Positions 18,301-26,435 of a DNA stretch of 64,000 nt are shown in pieces. The stretch is from a virus (taxonomy: Duplodnaviria > Caudoviricetes). The position numbers and the translations under genes are program-made. The stretch is from positions 71,135 through 135,134 of IMG/VR virus record IMGVR_UViG_3300026549_000045; one strand, written 5' to 3'. How positions within the stretch are numbered: position 1 is the stretch's first letter; each line of letters starts with the position of its first letter. The notes under the pieces are model-generated. The model did no database searches, had not been told where the DNA came from, and saw nothing but the letters and a program-made list of their open reading frames with translations.

Positions 18301-19465
18301 TATGACATCATCAGTCATCATAAAGTCTGTTGTACCATACGCATGGTTTGATCCTTCCGACCCCGTTGCAGATAATGCCCCAATAACTGGTTATAAATTC
18401 AGGCCGACCAAGTGCATCAATGCACTGACCGGTGAGGAATGGAATGCAAGCGGTAATGTTCATACTAAGCCAAATGGGGATGTGATATTAAAGAGACTTG
18501 TACAATTTGGCTCTGCTGTCATTTCAGGAGATTGGCTGATTTCTGTTCACGGTAAAATAAATGATGTGTTTTATGGCGGTGCCATTGAGAGTCCTGAAAA
18601 CTATAATGGTTATCCTGCTTACACATATTTCGACCCATCTACACCGCAAGGATATATGGGTTACGGAACGAACGCTGACGCATCAAGCTTTGACAACAAT
18701 TCTTACTCATCAAGTAATGCTGTAAAAATAGACTCTTTCTATCTGTCTCCTGGAAGAAAACACTTTGTGGTAAGTGGTGATTGTATCTCTGGGAATATGT
18801 TTGCGGCACTCTTTAAGGGAGGATCGAAGGTTGCTGGTACTGAGGTGAAGTTCACTGCCAATGATAATTCAGACAAATCTTTTATAGTGAACATTGAAGG
18901 CGGGAACTATGAACTTCGCGCTTATACAGACGGAGGAATGCCATGCAATATTAACGTATTATCCAAGTACACTTTTGCACCAAACTATTGTTTGGATTTG
19001 AAACGAGGCATAGCCTATCAGACAACAGGCGTAATTAGTGGATTCCTGAGAAAGGCGCCAACAAACATCACAACGAGCAATATCAACCAATACAAACGTG
19101 ATGACATCAAAAACGCAACAGTTCTCGATTTTGACAAGTGTGGCTCGTTTATACGCCTGTACCCGGGCACATCGACGTATTTCGCTCTGCCACTTCTGAG
19201 TTCGGCGTTAAAAGACAGGTACACCCTCATCCAAAAAGATCAGATTCGAGGATTTGTAGGTACGAAGATTATTTTACACAATCGCTCTAACAGTTCTTGC
19301 AGCATTGTCATCAGATACACAAAATATGGCACAGGAGTAAATCAAGAAACATACACTCTTTATAACGGCAACTGTGCTGAATTGGAATGCTACATGGATA
19401 GAGATGAAAATGATGGTACAGAGATAATATGCTGGAAAGTAAACAAAACAGCAGAGCCTGTATAA
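15341..19465 (+). CDS. Tail fibre / receptor-binding protein (mosaic, with ILEI-like domain)
   Basis: 1374 aa; repeated Y(A/L)..S.S...P...W...YLW...Y modules typical of siphophage fibres; ILEI-like segment at about 16770-17270. Confidence 0.75.
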   Translation: MRTSGAIVCSGVIDGTSIVSANVFFALSNSSTNTPADTAFTYDNFPPLNAGNYVWQATKITDSDGKTSLTGKMCLGPTTDFLSGTEVYAISTSNSTAPAENTTNWKTTYEKTKGYYLWTATRVQYTNGNYAYLNKKCVGYWGEDGNGIQSVARTYARSKNSTSTNDTTAPSNIDTSIGTNGWASSSPSVTETYPYLWVKEVVTYTKSEATTKYYCIGARGANGVDAQDIEWVYIRTKTNVAPVISGDGGSSPYTDHNSKTYTSDDHLPKVVAGSGGSLDDIEDGNSGSSSKKYECTDDPKGVDSTWKFEWEIKREKGAADANGHRAWQAYSGTMTLHNRYVKDITSANVWYALADSGTAKPDNDAFTLDAFPTTLNAGKYIWEATKVTYSDGTSEFTAKMCLGPTTDFLSGTEVYAISTSNSTAPAENTTNWKTTYEKTKGYYLWTATRVQYTNGSYAYLNKKCVGYWGEDGDNAKYIYLRGTGLNNNADRLLNITSNSNHFETYKNSRGLVVARINRSTLAVSGITWFDVYGGTSEGTESIANTKTARAKFITYLTNTSIDYFLAVTSYDAIGITDAMIAKLKEFGLGSLEHTVDDDDHGYRNPFAFLGYKGLQQGYALYQLQGTEDNAPYAEVMAYVANGVFMSSKDGDNAPYDVVTYGRSKSRESYGSNYLDTSYGTDGWGSTAPSATSTYPYIWERRQSYDKDRELQNTSYICLTGASGPTGQGKMGRFLWYAGLLSEVGGTTFTVDDYQAPYVNIGTEDEPHCYAYVGSNGSNISYPSSASSYTLSNGWDDMTTEFKYLIAKAIFSNYAQLGGFIVNKDYFLSQYGTLIAPGGSEITINASNVKTKYNLPQYILYGNNRDGGRIIRKISFTVSSTTVIGISAVASSEEDYDIGAVGVLDSTALQGTSQSDIRNGANCLTVNGTKMYVSGTQKKSVQVTVNAGTHFFYIAYAKDGSSKDGDDNAIFTFWGATFTVEDVSASEDMTSSVIIKSVVPYAWFDPSDPVADNAPITGYKFRPTKCINALTGEEWNASGNVHTKPNGDVILKRLVQFGSAVISGDWLISVHGKINDVFYGGAIESPENYNGYPAYTYFDPSTPQGYMGYGTNADASSFDNNSYSSSNAVKIDSFYLSPGRKHFVVSGDCISGNMFAALFKGGSKVAGTEVKFTANDNSDKSFIVNIEGGNYELRAYTDGGMPCNINVLSKYTFAPNYCLDLKRGIAYQTTGVISGFLRKAPTNITTSNINQYKRDDIKNATVLDFDKCGSFIRLYPGTSTYFALPLLSSALKDRYTLIQKDQIRGFVGTKIILHNRSNSSCSIVIRYTKYGTGVNQETYTLYNGNCAELECYMDRDENDGTEIICWKVNKTAEPV
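15554..16755 (+). repeat. 221-bp direct repeat (15554-15774 and 16535-16755)
   Basis: Manual alignment shows 4 mismatches in 221 bp, in frame, offset 981 nt. Confidence 0.9.
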
Positions 19466-19479
19466 TGAGATGGCTAAAA

Positions 19480-19515
19480 TGCCCTTGACTTTTCCTGTCT
19501 CATTCCTTATCTTTC
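19480..19515 (+). promoter_or_regulatory. Phage-specific promoter copy (TGCCCTTGAC-N18-TATCTTTC)
   Basis: Exact motif at 19480-19489 upstream of 19546. Confidence 0.8.
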
Positions 19516-19545
19516 GGCATAGAAACTGATTAAACGAAAACAGAC

Positions 19546-19998
19546 ATGGCAAAATTATCATTCAACTATGACGGGCAGAGCTATGTATCTGACGTCTTCT
19601 CGGGAGGAAAGGTTGTGCAGCTGACTTTCCCAATAGAGAGAACCAAAGTGCTTTATCTGGAGACGCGCCTTGGCGTTGGCCTTCCTTGGAATGTCGCCGA
19701 CAGCCGTATTCTGGAAAAGCAGATGGTGGTCAACGTTCCTGTGGGCGGCAGCGGACAGGAATACCGTATGAACTGCATCGCAGAGCCTGCATCGGCAGAG
19801 ATTGTTACCGACCAGTCTGGCAGCGGTGGCGGTGCCGGCGGAGATATCACGCCAGGTGTTCCCATTCCAGAGAATACGGTGAACAGTGCATCCATTCAGG
19901 ATCACAGCATCAAAATGGAAGACATCGACCCGGACATCGTGACCACACCCGCCGAAGCGCGTCAGATGGTGGCCGACGCCATTGCCGCCAACACATAA
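19546..19998 (+). CDS. Putative virion protein
   Basis: 150 aa, Gly-rich linker and IPENTVNSASIQDHSI repeat-like motif. Confidence 0.55.
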   Translation: MAKLSFNYDGQSYVSDVFSGGKVVQLTFPIERTKVLYLETRLGVGLPWNVADSRILEKQMVVNVPVGGSGQEYRMNCIAEPASAEIVTDQSGSGGGAGGDITPGVPIPENTVNSASIQDHSIKMEDIDPDIVTTPAEARQMVADAIAANT

Positions 19999-20064
19999 AC
20001 AGAATGAGGATAAAACTCAGATATAGTTCACATTTATTAACCCCTTTAAAAAGTATTTCGCTTT

Positions 20065-20703
20065 ATGACAAAAGACGAGCTTTTATTGAAGTTGGTTGCC
20101 ACCGAGTCATTGGAGGCCGCCATCAATGACATCATCGCGTATGTCAAGCAGAACCGTACAGCCATCGACGCTAACATCAGTACCGTCAACGGCAAAGTAA
20201 CAACTCTTATCGGCAGCGATACTGCAAAGAGCGTCCGCACCATCGCTAACGAGGAACTGGCTGCACAGCTGATTCCTGCTAATGCCAAGGAGGCCCTCGA
20301 CACCTTGCAGGAGATTGCTGCATGGATCCAGAGCCACCCAGACGATGCCTCTGCCATGAACACGGCCATCACCAACCTGCAGAACCTCATTGGTACTCTC
20401 CCACAGGACACTGAGGAGACCACCGTCGTGGCTTGGGTAACAGCAGAACTGGCCGCCCTCGCTAATCAGATCAGTGGCAAGAACGTCTCTGCATCTGGTG
20501 AGACCGGCAACGATGCCCTCGTAACGGCTTCTGCCTCTAACAATGCCGTTACCGTTGGTTCTACCACAAAGCTGCAGAACGCCGTGGCTGCTGCTGAGTC
20601 GGCTGTTCAGCCAGAAGATCTCGGTCTGCTGACCGTATCAGAGGCACAGGCTCTCGTAGCCGCTGCCATCGCTGATTCTTCCAGCTCGAACTCCAGCAAC
20701 TAA
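20065..20703 (+). CDS. Putative fibre or whisker protein with Ser-rich C-terminal tag
   Basis: ALDTLQEIAAWI motif common in phage fibres, coiled coil, ends ADSSSSNSSN. Confidence 0.6.
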   Translation: MTKDELLLKLVATESLEAAINDIIAYVKQNRTAIDANISTVNGKVTTLIGSDTAKSVRTIANEELAAQLIPANAKEALDTLQEIAAWIQSHPDDASAMNTAITNLQNLIGTLPQDTEETTVVAWVTAELAALANQISGKNVSASGETGNDALVTASASNNAVTVGSTTKLQNAVAAAESAVQPEDLGLLTVSEAQALVAAAIADSSSSNSSN

Positions 20704-20718
20704 TTGCGCTCTCTGTGT

Positions 20719-20762
20719 GCCTGCGGAGGAGTGACGCTCCTCGGGGTGTTTTCTCCGCAGGC
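20719..20762 (+). terminator. Stem-loop (terminator or stability element)
   Basis: GCCTGCGGAG...CTCCGCAGGC 10-bp inverted repeat after the 20703 stop; weak T tail. Confidence 0.5.
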
Positions 20763-20808
20763 TCCTTTACTGTCAATTCATAAAGCGAAAACAGATTCTG
20801 ATTAGATT

Positions 20809-21345
20809 ATGGCAAACGATAACAATAGCGTTTTAACACCGATGCAGTGGCTCAAGCAGAACCTGCAACTGGTGTTGCGCGAGTTCTGGAGCAGCATCAC
20901 GGCTGTCTTCGCTACCAAACAGCAGGTGACAGAAGGCCTTGCAACAAAAGCACCGCTAAGTGCGGCCCTCTACCCCGTGGACGTCAACACGCTCACGCCA
21001 ACGAGCACATTCGTCGCCAATGCCATCATCGGCATCAACGGCGTCATCTACCGCGCTAAGCAGGCCACGAGTCACTTTCCCGTGCCACTCGTCATAGACA
21101 ACAATGCGTTTGTGATTCAGGTCGTCGACGGCAAGATTGTCTTCTCAGTCAGCAGCAACACCATTCATCAGGACTGGGAGCAGTGGACTGACGCAGCCAT
21201 TGAATACTGGAAGGCGCAACTCGACGCCCGCGTGTCGGCGCTGGAGAACAAGACCATCACCTACAACAACAAGACGTATACGGTCAACGAACTGCTGACG
21301 GCTGTGGCCCAACTCATGGAGCGTACCGTCGTTATCAACGGATAG
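20809..21345 (+). CDS. Putative fibre-associated or adaptor protein
   Basis: 178-aa ORF directly upstream of the DGR target. Confidence 0.55.
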   Translation: MANDNNSVLTPMQWLKQNLQLVLREFWSSITAVFATKQQVTEGLATKAPLSAALYPVDVNTLTPTSTFVANAIIGINGVIYRAKQATSHFPVPLVIDNNAFVIQVVDGKIVFSVSSNTIHQDWEQWTDAAIEYWKAQLDARVSALENKTITYNNKTYTVNELLTAVAQLMERTVVING

Positions 21346-21405
21346 TTCCGCACCATCACTAAGTGACATCATCATTTTTTTCACAAATAAAGTAATAACA
21401 AAAGT

Positions 21406-22290
21406 ATGGAAACAAGTCTTTTTTCACAGTCGCTGAAAAACGCGCAAGCTGCGCTGACGACACAAGAAAAGGTTTTGAAAACCCAGCAGGTCATGCTCTT
21501 CGGACAGGACGGAGCGCCTAACGGCAAGTGTCCCCTCACGACGAAGGCCATTATTGACCTGAAGACAGGAAAATCTCTCGAAGACATCCTGGAATACAAC
21601 AAGCCTTACGTAGACACCGACCTCTACGTGGATATGGGTCTGCCAAGCGGCGTACTCTGGGCTAAAAAAAACATCGACATCACACAGCAGAACGGCTTTG
21701 CCGCATCTGAGTTCCAGTATGAGTGTTCCTTCTGTTCGTGGGGTAATACGGACATGTACAACCCCAACGCACAGAACTCGTTCGCTGGCGTGTATAACTG
21801 GGGTGGCGTGAACGAAAACGAGCCCTACTACGAGGGCCAGCCCTACGGCTCTACTCCAGGTGCTGCCCTGGCCGCCGACTTCGGTCCGTCGTTTGACGCA
21901 GCACGCCGTCACCTCGGCGCACCCTGGCGCATGCCGTCTACGGAAGAGTACAAAGAACTGTTCGACAACTGTGACTTCATAGATGCCGACGGTAACATAG
22001 TGTCCGCATCTACCAGTGTGGCTGGTACGGCAGCCGATAAGCGCATCACGATGAACGGCATCGTCGGTCTTCGCCTTAGAAGCAAGATTAACGGCAACGT
22101 TATTTTCTTCCCTGCTTCCGGCAGCGGCTACGGGACGACGTGGGGCTATCGCGGTGCCAGCGGTTACTACTGGTCATCGTCTTGGGGCTCTGCCCGCTAC
22201 GCTCGGAACTTGAACTTCTACTCTGATGGTGTGAACCCGCAGAACTCGCTCAATCGGTACAACGGTTTTGCGGTTCGTCCGGTCCAGTAA
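21406..22290 (+). CDS. DGR target protein with C-type-lectin-fold C-terminal domain
   Basis: YVDMGLPSGVLWA..N, WRMPSTEEYKEL, IFFPASG, YWSSS and GFAVRPVQ* motifs; the last 186 nt before the stop are the VR. Confidence 0.9.
   Translation: METSLFSQSLKNAQAALTTQEKVLKTQQVMLFGQDGAPNGKCPLTTKAIIDLKTGKSLEDILEYNKPYVDTDLYVDMGLPSGVLWAKKNIDITQQNGFAASEFQYECSFCSWGNTDMYNPNAQNSFAGVYNWGGVNENEPYYEGQPYGSTPGAALAADFGPSFDAARRHLGAPWRMPSTEEYKELFDNCDFIDADGNIVSASTSVAGTAADKRITMNGIVGLRLRSKINGNVIFFPASGSGYGTTWGYRGASGYYWSSSWGSARYARNLNFYSDGVNPQNSLNRYNGFAVRPVQ
22102..22287 (+). repeat. DGR variable repeat (VR)
   Basis: 186 bp colinear with 23270-23455; 14 mismatches, all opposite TR adenines. Confidence 0.95.
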
Positions 22291-22339
22291 TACTTCTGGC
22301 CAGAACCAAACCCACCCTGAAGAGTTCGCGCTCGCGACA

Positions 22340-22376
22340 CTGCTGCACAGCCGCCACCCAGGCGGCTTAGCAGCAG
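22340..22376 (+). promoter_or_regulatory. GC-rich hairpin downstream of VR (candidate DGR target-recognition hairpin)
   Basis: CTGCTGC-ac-AGCCGCC-accca-GGCGGCT-ta-GCAGCAG; also palindrome TTCTGGCCAGAA at 22294-22305. Confidence 0.65.
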
Positions 22377-22429
22377 GGGTGCGGGTGAGGACTCGGCAGA
22401 GAAATCAACCCAAGTGTTAATATATATAA

Positions 22430-23089
22430 ATGAAACGAGAAATGGCCCAAGAACAAAAGAAAGGATTTACCAATCAGGAAATCCAAGCCATCGAAGCCGA
22501 AAGACAAGATGTAAAGACTTGGAATGTCATTCACCTGTTGAAAGACGGGAACTACTGGCACGCTAACGAGTGGAGTGGCTGGCTCGTGGCCGTGATCATC
22601 ACGGACGAGATGAAGCGCCGATATCCGCAGGAGGAACGTGTGCCACCGACGCCTGTCAAGAAGTTCGCCAAGAACATCAACGGAGAGTACATCTTCGTGG
22701 GTTTTCAGGAGAAGTCACTTGACAAGTATATTCCGAAGGAATTGCAGATTGACTTTAAGGCTGTTGACAACCTTCGCATCGACGTGACTGTTGAACTGTC
22801 TGCAGATCTGGGTGAACTCAGCTATGAGCGGCTGTTTGCGATGTATAAGGAATGGAAGGACAATACTCCCCTGGCGAAAGAAAAGGGAGAGAAAGGCAAC
22901 GTAGGCAACAATCCGCCATTCAAGGGTGGCGACGGAACCCTGCCATTCGACAATCCTGCCATCGTGCCGTCGGTAATGTCTGTCGCCACGCGGATATTGT
23001 CATTCCCGCTTCATAAGCGCACACCGATGCAGGCTCACGAGTTTATCGCCGAGCTGCAGCAGGAGATGCTTGGGTGTATGAGTAAGTAA
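22430..23089 (+). CDS. DGR accessory protein, MutS-like (MSL type) rather than Avd
   Basis: VIHLLKDGNYWHANEWSGWL...IFVGF resembles MutS domain I; ILSFPLHKRTPMQAHEFIAELQ resembles the MutS C-terminal tail; lies between target and TR. Confidence 0.65.
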   Translation: MKREMAQEQKKGFTNQEIQAIEAERQDVKTWNVIHLLKDGNYWHANEWSGWLVAVIITDEMKRRYPQEERVPPTPVKKFAKNINGEYIFVGFQEKSLDKYIPKELQIDFKAVDNLRIDVTVELSADLGELSYERLFAMYKEWKDNTPLAKEKGEKGNVGNNPPFKGGDGTLPFDNPAIVPSVMSVATRILSFPLHKRTPMQAHEFIAELQQEMLGCMSK

Positions 23090-23269
23090 ACAAATTGTAT
23101 AACCTACGGAACAAGAAAAGAGAGCCGATAAAGGATGGTCCAGAAGTATAACATAGGTCACCCGTCATGCGTTGCTGAGAGGCCGTGTGAAAAAGCAAAG
23201 ATACAGCTTGGTCTTGCCTACTGTGGCAACCCCTTGCTGCAGTCGTATAAGGAGGTGACCGAATCTGCG

Positions 23270-23455
23270 ATTTTCTTCCCTGCTTCCGGCAACGGCAACG
23301 GGACGACGTGGAACAATCGCGGTGCCAACGGTAACTACTGGTCATCGTCTTGGAACTCTGCCCGCAACGCTCGGAACTTGAACTTCAACTCTGATGGTGT
23401 GAACCCGCAGAACACGAACAATCGGTACAACGGTTTTGCGGTTCGTCCGGTCCAG
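23270..23455 (+). ncRNA. DGR template repeat (TR)
   Basis: Adenine-rich copy of VR with 16 AAY codons, immediately upstream of RT. Confidence 0.95.
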
Positions 23456-23531
23456 CTATCACTGCGTCTCTCCTTTGCTCTCTTCTTCTTGTTCTGTCTA
23501 TTGTGCTGCTGCAAGGCAGCCCCTCTAATCA

Positions 23532-24782
23532 GTGACGCTGAACTATCAGATGTTGCTGCGCGATCTGTACGTAGCATTTGCAAGTGCTGCAAAGCACAAG
23601 GGAAAGATGTCGTATGTGCAACGGTTCATGGAATCAATGAAAACGAACCTGGCATGTATGGCACTGGTGCTGATACTGCGTGTCTACGTTCCGCTTCCGT
23701 CGAAGTGCTTCATCGTATTCAAGCCCAAGCAGAGGGAGGTGTTTGCCGCCCAGTTCCCAGACCGTGTTGTGCATCACCTGTACTTCAACATGACGCACCT
23801 GCTCTACGAGGCCACGTTTATACGCGACTCGTATTCGTGCATACAGGGACGTGGCACACTCGACGGCATACTGCGACTGTCGCAACACATCCGTCAATGC
23901 AGCCTGAACTACACCAGGGAGTGCTATATCCTGAAGCTCGACATACGCGGCTACTTTATGCACATAGACCGTCGGCGTCTGCTCAGTATCTGCCTGTCTA
24001 CGCTCGACCGTATGGCGACGCACCGCATCACGAAGGAGGCAGCAGCGCAATATGGGCTGCCGGTGAACGACCCGCCACGATGGAAGGACGTGATAGACAT
24101 GGACTTTGTGAAATGGCTGACGGAGGTGATTGCCCTGCTCGACCCGAAGACCTCTTGCGAGAGAGCCATGCCTATGTCGGCATGGAACGGGCTCGACGCT
24201 GCCAAGTCGCTCTTCTGTACCAAGGAAGGCTGCGGACTGCCGATCGGCAATCTGACATCGCAATTGTTCAGCAATGTCTACCTGAATGTGCTCGACCAGT
24301 TCTGCAAGCGCGTATTGGGCTGTCAGCACTATGGCCGCTATGTGGACGACTTCTACATCGTGAGTTGCGACCGCAAGTGGCTGCTGTCTCTGGTACCGCG
24401 CATCAGGGAGTTCCTGAAGGAGGAGCTTGGTCTGGACCTGCACATGGGAAAGGTAAGGCTGTGCCGTGCAAGTCATGGAGTGGAGTTTCTGGGAGCCTAT
24501 ATCAAGCCGTACCGCATCTATGTATCGAAAGATACTTTGGAGCGCATACAGCAGAATTTGAAAGAACTGGACTTCTCAGACCCGGAAAAGGTGCAGAAGA
24601 CGGTCAACTCATACCTTGGCATCATGTCGCAGACTGCCAGCTACAATCTTCGCAGGAAGCTGTTCTTCCGTCCGGAGTTCCTGAGTATTGCGCCCTTCGA
24701 CAAGAAAATGACCAAGATGGAGAAACCAACGGGCAACCGGCCTCCTGCACGATACAGGCGAAAAAGGATTAAGACGAAATAA
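23532..24782 (+). CDS. DGR reverse transcriptase (start GTG 23532 or ATG 23550)
   Basis: KQREVFAAQFPDRVVHH, LKLDIRGYF, GLPIGNLTSQLFSNVYL, YGRYVDDF and GVEFLG motifs. Confidence 0.95.
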   Translation: MTLNYQMLLRDLYVAFASAAKHKGKMSYVQRFMESMKTNLACMALVLILRVYVPLPSKCFIVFKPKQREVFAAQFPDRVVHHLYFNMTHLLYEATFIRDSYSCIQGRGTLDGILRLSQHIRQCSLNYTRECYILKLDIRGYFMHIDRRRLLSICLSTLDRMATHRITKEAAAQYGLPVNDPPRWKDVIDMDFVKWLTEVIALLDPKTSCERAMPMSAWNGLDAAKSLFCTKEGCGLPIGNLTSQLFSNVYLNVLDQFCKRVLGCQHYGRYVDDFYIVSCDRKWLLSLVPRIREFLKEELGLDLHMGKVRLCRASHGVEFLGAYIKPYRIYVSKDTLERIQQNLKELDFSDPEKVQKTVNSYLGIMSQTASYNLRRKLFFRPEFLSIAPFDKKMTKMEKPTGNRPPARYRRKRIKTK

Positions 24783-24814
24783 ATTATCATTAACATTTTT
24801 AAAACAACAGCATT

Positions 24815-25387
24815 ATGAAGAAAATTCAAGGTACATTGAGCGACTTCGCGTACTTCAAGGAAGAAGGCGGTCGCTATGTCATCGGCTACGGCCTGAAAGA
24901 GTTGGGCAATTCACTCTATGAGTGGTATGAGGTGTACATCTACAAGCGCCAGCAGAGCATCGTTTCGCTGCTCGACGTGAAGAAGGCCATCATCGCCGAC
25001 ATCAACGCACGTACCGACGAGAAGATCCTGTCGGGCTACGAGTGGACGATACTGCATGGCGACGATGCAGGAAAGACCGTGAAGGTATGGCTGTCGGCAG
25101 AGAACAAGGAGAACTACAAGGCCAAGTACGATACGGCCAAGGACGATCCTGAACTCATCACATGGCCCTCTAAGTTCAAGGTGTCAGAGAACGACGACCT
25201 GACTCCCGTCTATGAGTATTTCGCCAACGTTGCCGAGTTGAAGGCATTCTACTACGGTGGCCTGAACTACATCGAGCAGACCGTAAATGCAGGCTGGGCA
25301 GAGAAGGACGCCATCGACTGGACTCCATACGAATCTCTGTTCCCTGCAGCAGCTGCCCAAGAGCAATCAGGAGTATCATCTGAGTAA
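24815..25387 (+). CDS. DUF4376-like phage tail-associated protein
   Basis: INARTDEKILSG...VWLSAENKENYK...GWAEKDAIDW pattern. Confidence 0.55.
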   Translation: MKKIQGTLSDFAYFKEEGGRYVIGYGLKELGNSLYEWYEVYIYKRQQSIVSLLDVKKAIIADINARTDEKILSGYEWTILHGDDAGKTVKVWLSAENKENYKAKYDTAKDDPELITWPSKFKVSENDDLTPVYEYFANVAELKAFYYGGLNYIEQTVNAGWAEKDAIDWTPYESLFPAAAAQEQSGVSSE

Positions 25388-25929
25388 TGCCTATGGCAAC
25401 GATGCTTATCCTCTCCATTGTGATGGCGGTGGTCTACGTGGCCGCCGTCATCATCAAAGACAAGGCATTGCCCGACAGCGTGTCCGCACTTGTGTATGCC
25501 CTGCCTAAAGGCCGGTGGCGCTGGTTGTGGTCGGCATGGCTGGCAGTGGTGACGCTGATGATGGCTCCTGCCCTTATGACGGCAATGGCCGATTCATGCT
25601 GGACCCAGCTGTTGGCAGCAGCTACTATCATCAGCCTTGCCATGACTGCAGCCCTGCCATTGTGGCCAGGAAGCCATAACCGCCTGCATAACATCCTCGG
25701 CATTCTCTCGGGTGTGCTGTCGCAGGTATGCGTATGGTTCATCTGCCCGTGGTATCTGATGCTGTGGCTGCTCTTTGTCATACTGTTGGTGTTACATGCC
25801 TTTCCTGATGTATCATGGGCAGTAAAGGTTGCCGACAAGACAAGCGGCAAAGGCGTATTCCTGCTTGAAGCCGTATGTTCGGCGGCATTGTACGCAGCCA
25901 TGATAACGGCAATCCTCTCGCTCCAGTAA
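25387..25929 (+). CDS. Polytopic membrane protein
   Basis: About 5-6 hydrophobic helices; start overlaps the upstream stop (TAATG). Confidence 0.7.
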   Translation: MPMATMLILSIVMAVVYVAAVIIKDKALPDSVSALVYALPKGRWRWLWSAWLAVVTLMMAPALMTAMADSCWTQLLAAATIISLAMTAALPLWPGSHNRLHNILGILSGVLSQVCVWFICPWYLMLWLLFVILLVLHAFPDVSWAVKVADKTSGKGVFLLEAVCSAALYAAMITAILSLQ

Positions 25930-25949
25930 AAAAGCAAAACATCCCCATC

Positions 25950-26435
25950 ATGAACAACTGTAAAGAATTTGCCTTAGACGACCTGATGGCCATCACCGCC
26001 ATACCTGTCGCAGACTATGCACTCGGCACAAAAGCCTGGCAGCTGAAGCCGACGATAGTCACCACCAGCTTCTCCCCTACCCTTACCAACGCCATCGTCA
26101 TCGGTTTGCAGCCTGCAACGGTAGGCGGCAAGCTCATACCTATCCGACGCCATACTGGGAAGGCAAAGGATGCAGAAAGCGACAACGTAGCCGGACGTCT
26201 GCATACGGTCACGGTGTCATGCGAGGTTGACGACCGCGACGGCGCTACGTGGAACGACCTGCTGAAACTGGAGCGCACACCGAGCCACCTCATGCTTTTG
26301 TTCCGTGGCGGACAGAAAGCATTTGCCGCCGCCACGCAGGACACCTATATTTGCGAGGTGGAGCGTAGCGGCAGCAAAACCAGCGTGTCGTTCAAACTGT
26401 ATAACCTGATGGGTATTCAGCTGATTACCGCTTAG
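25950..26435 (+). CDS. Hypothetical protein (possible virion component)
   Basis: ATG at 25950 in frame with the 25875 ORF; beta-rich. Confidence 0.6.
   Translation: MNNCKEFALDDLMAITAIPVADYALGTKAWQLKPTIVTTSFSPTLTNAIVIGLQPATVGGKLIPIRRHTGKAKDAESDNVAGRLHTVTVSCEVDDRDGATWNDLLKLERTPSHLMLLFRGGQKAFAAATQDTYICEVERSGSKTSVSFKLYNLMGIQLITA

Larger units (their letters stand above)
21406..24782 (+). mobile_element. Diversity-generating retroelement cassette
   Basis: Target(VR), hairpin, accessory gene, TR and RT in order on one strand. Confidence 0.93.

Noticed and set aside
23135-24772. 545-aa ORF running through the TR and overlapping the RT in another frame
   Set aside because: The TR frame is open because it mirrors the VR coding frame. 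The remainder is the shifted frame of a gene with few T-ending codons and reads as non-protein-like. No evidence of translation, although a TR-RT frameshift cannot be excluded.
23532-24782. RT as retron, group II intron or Abi defence RT
   Set aside because: GNLTSQ motif, lack of maturase or endonuclease extension and an adjacent TR/VR pair identify it as a DGR RT
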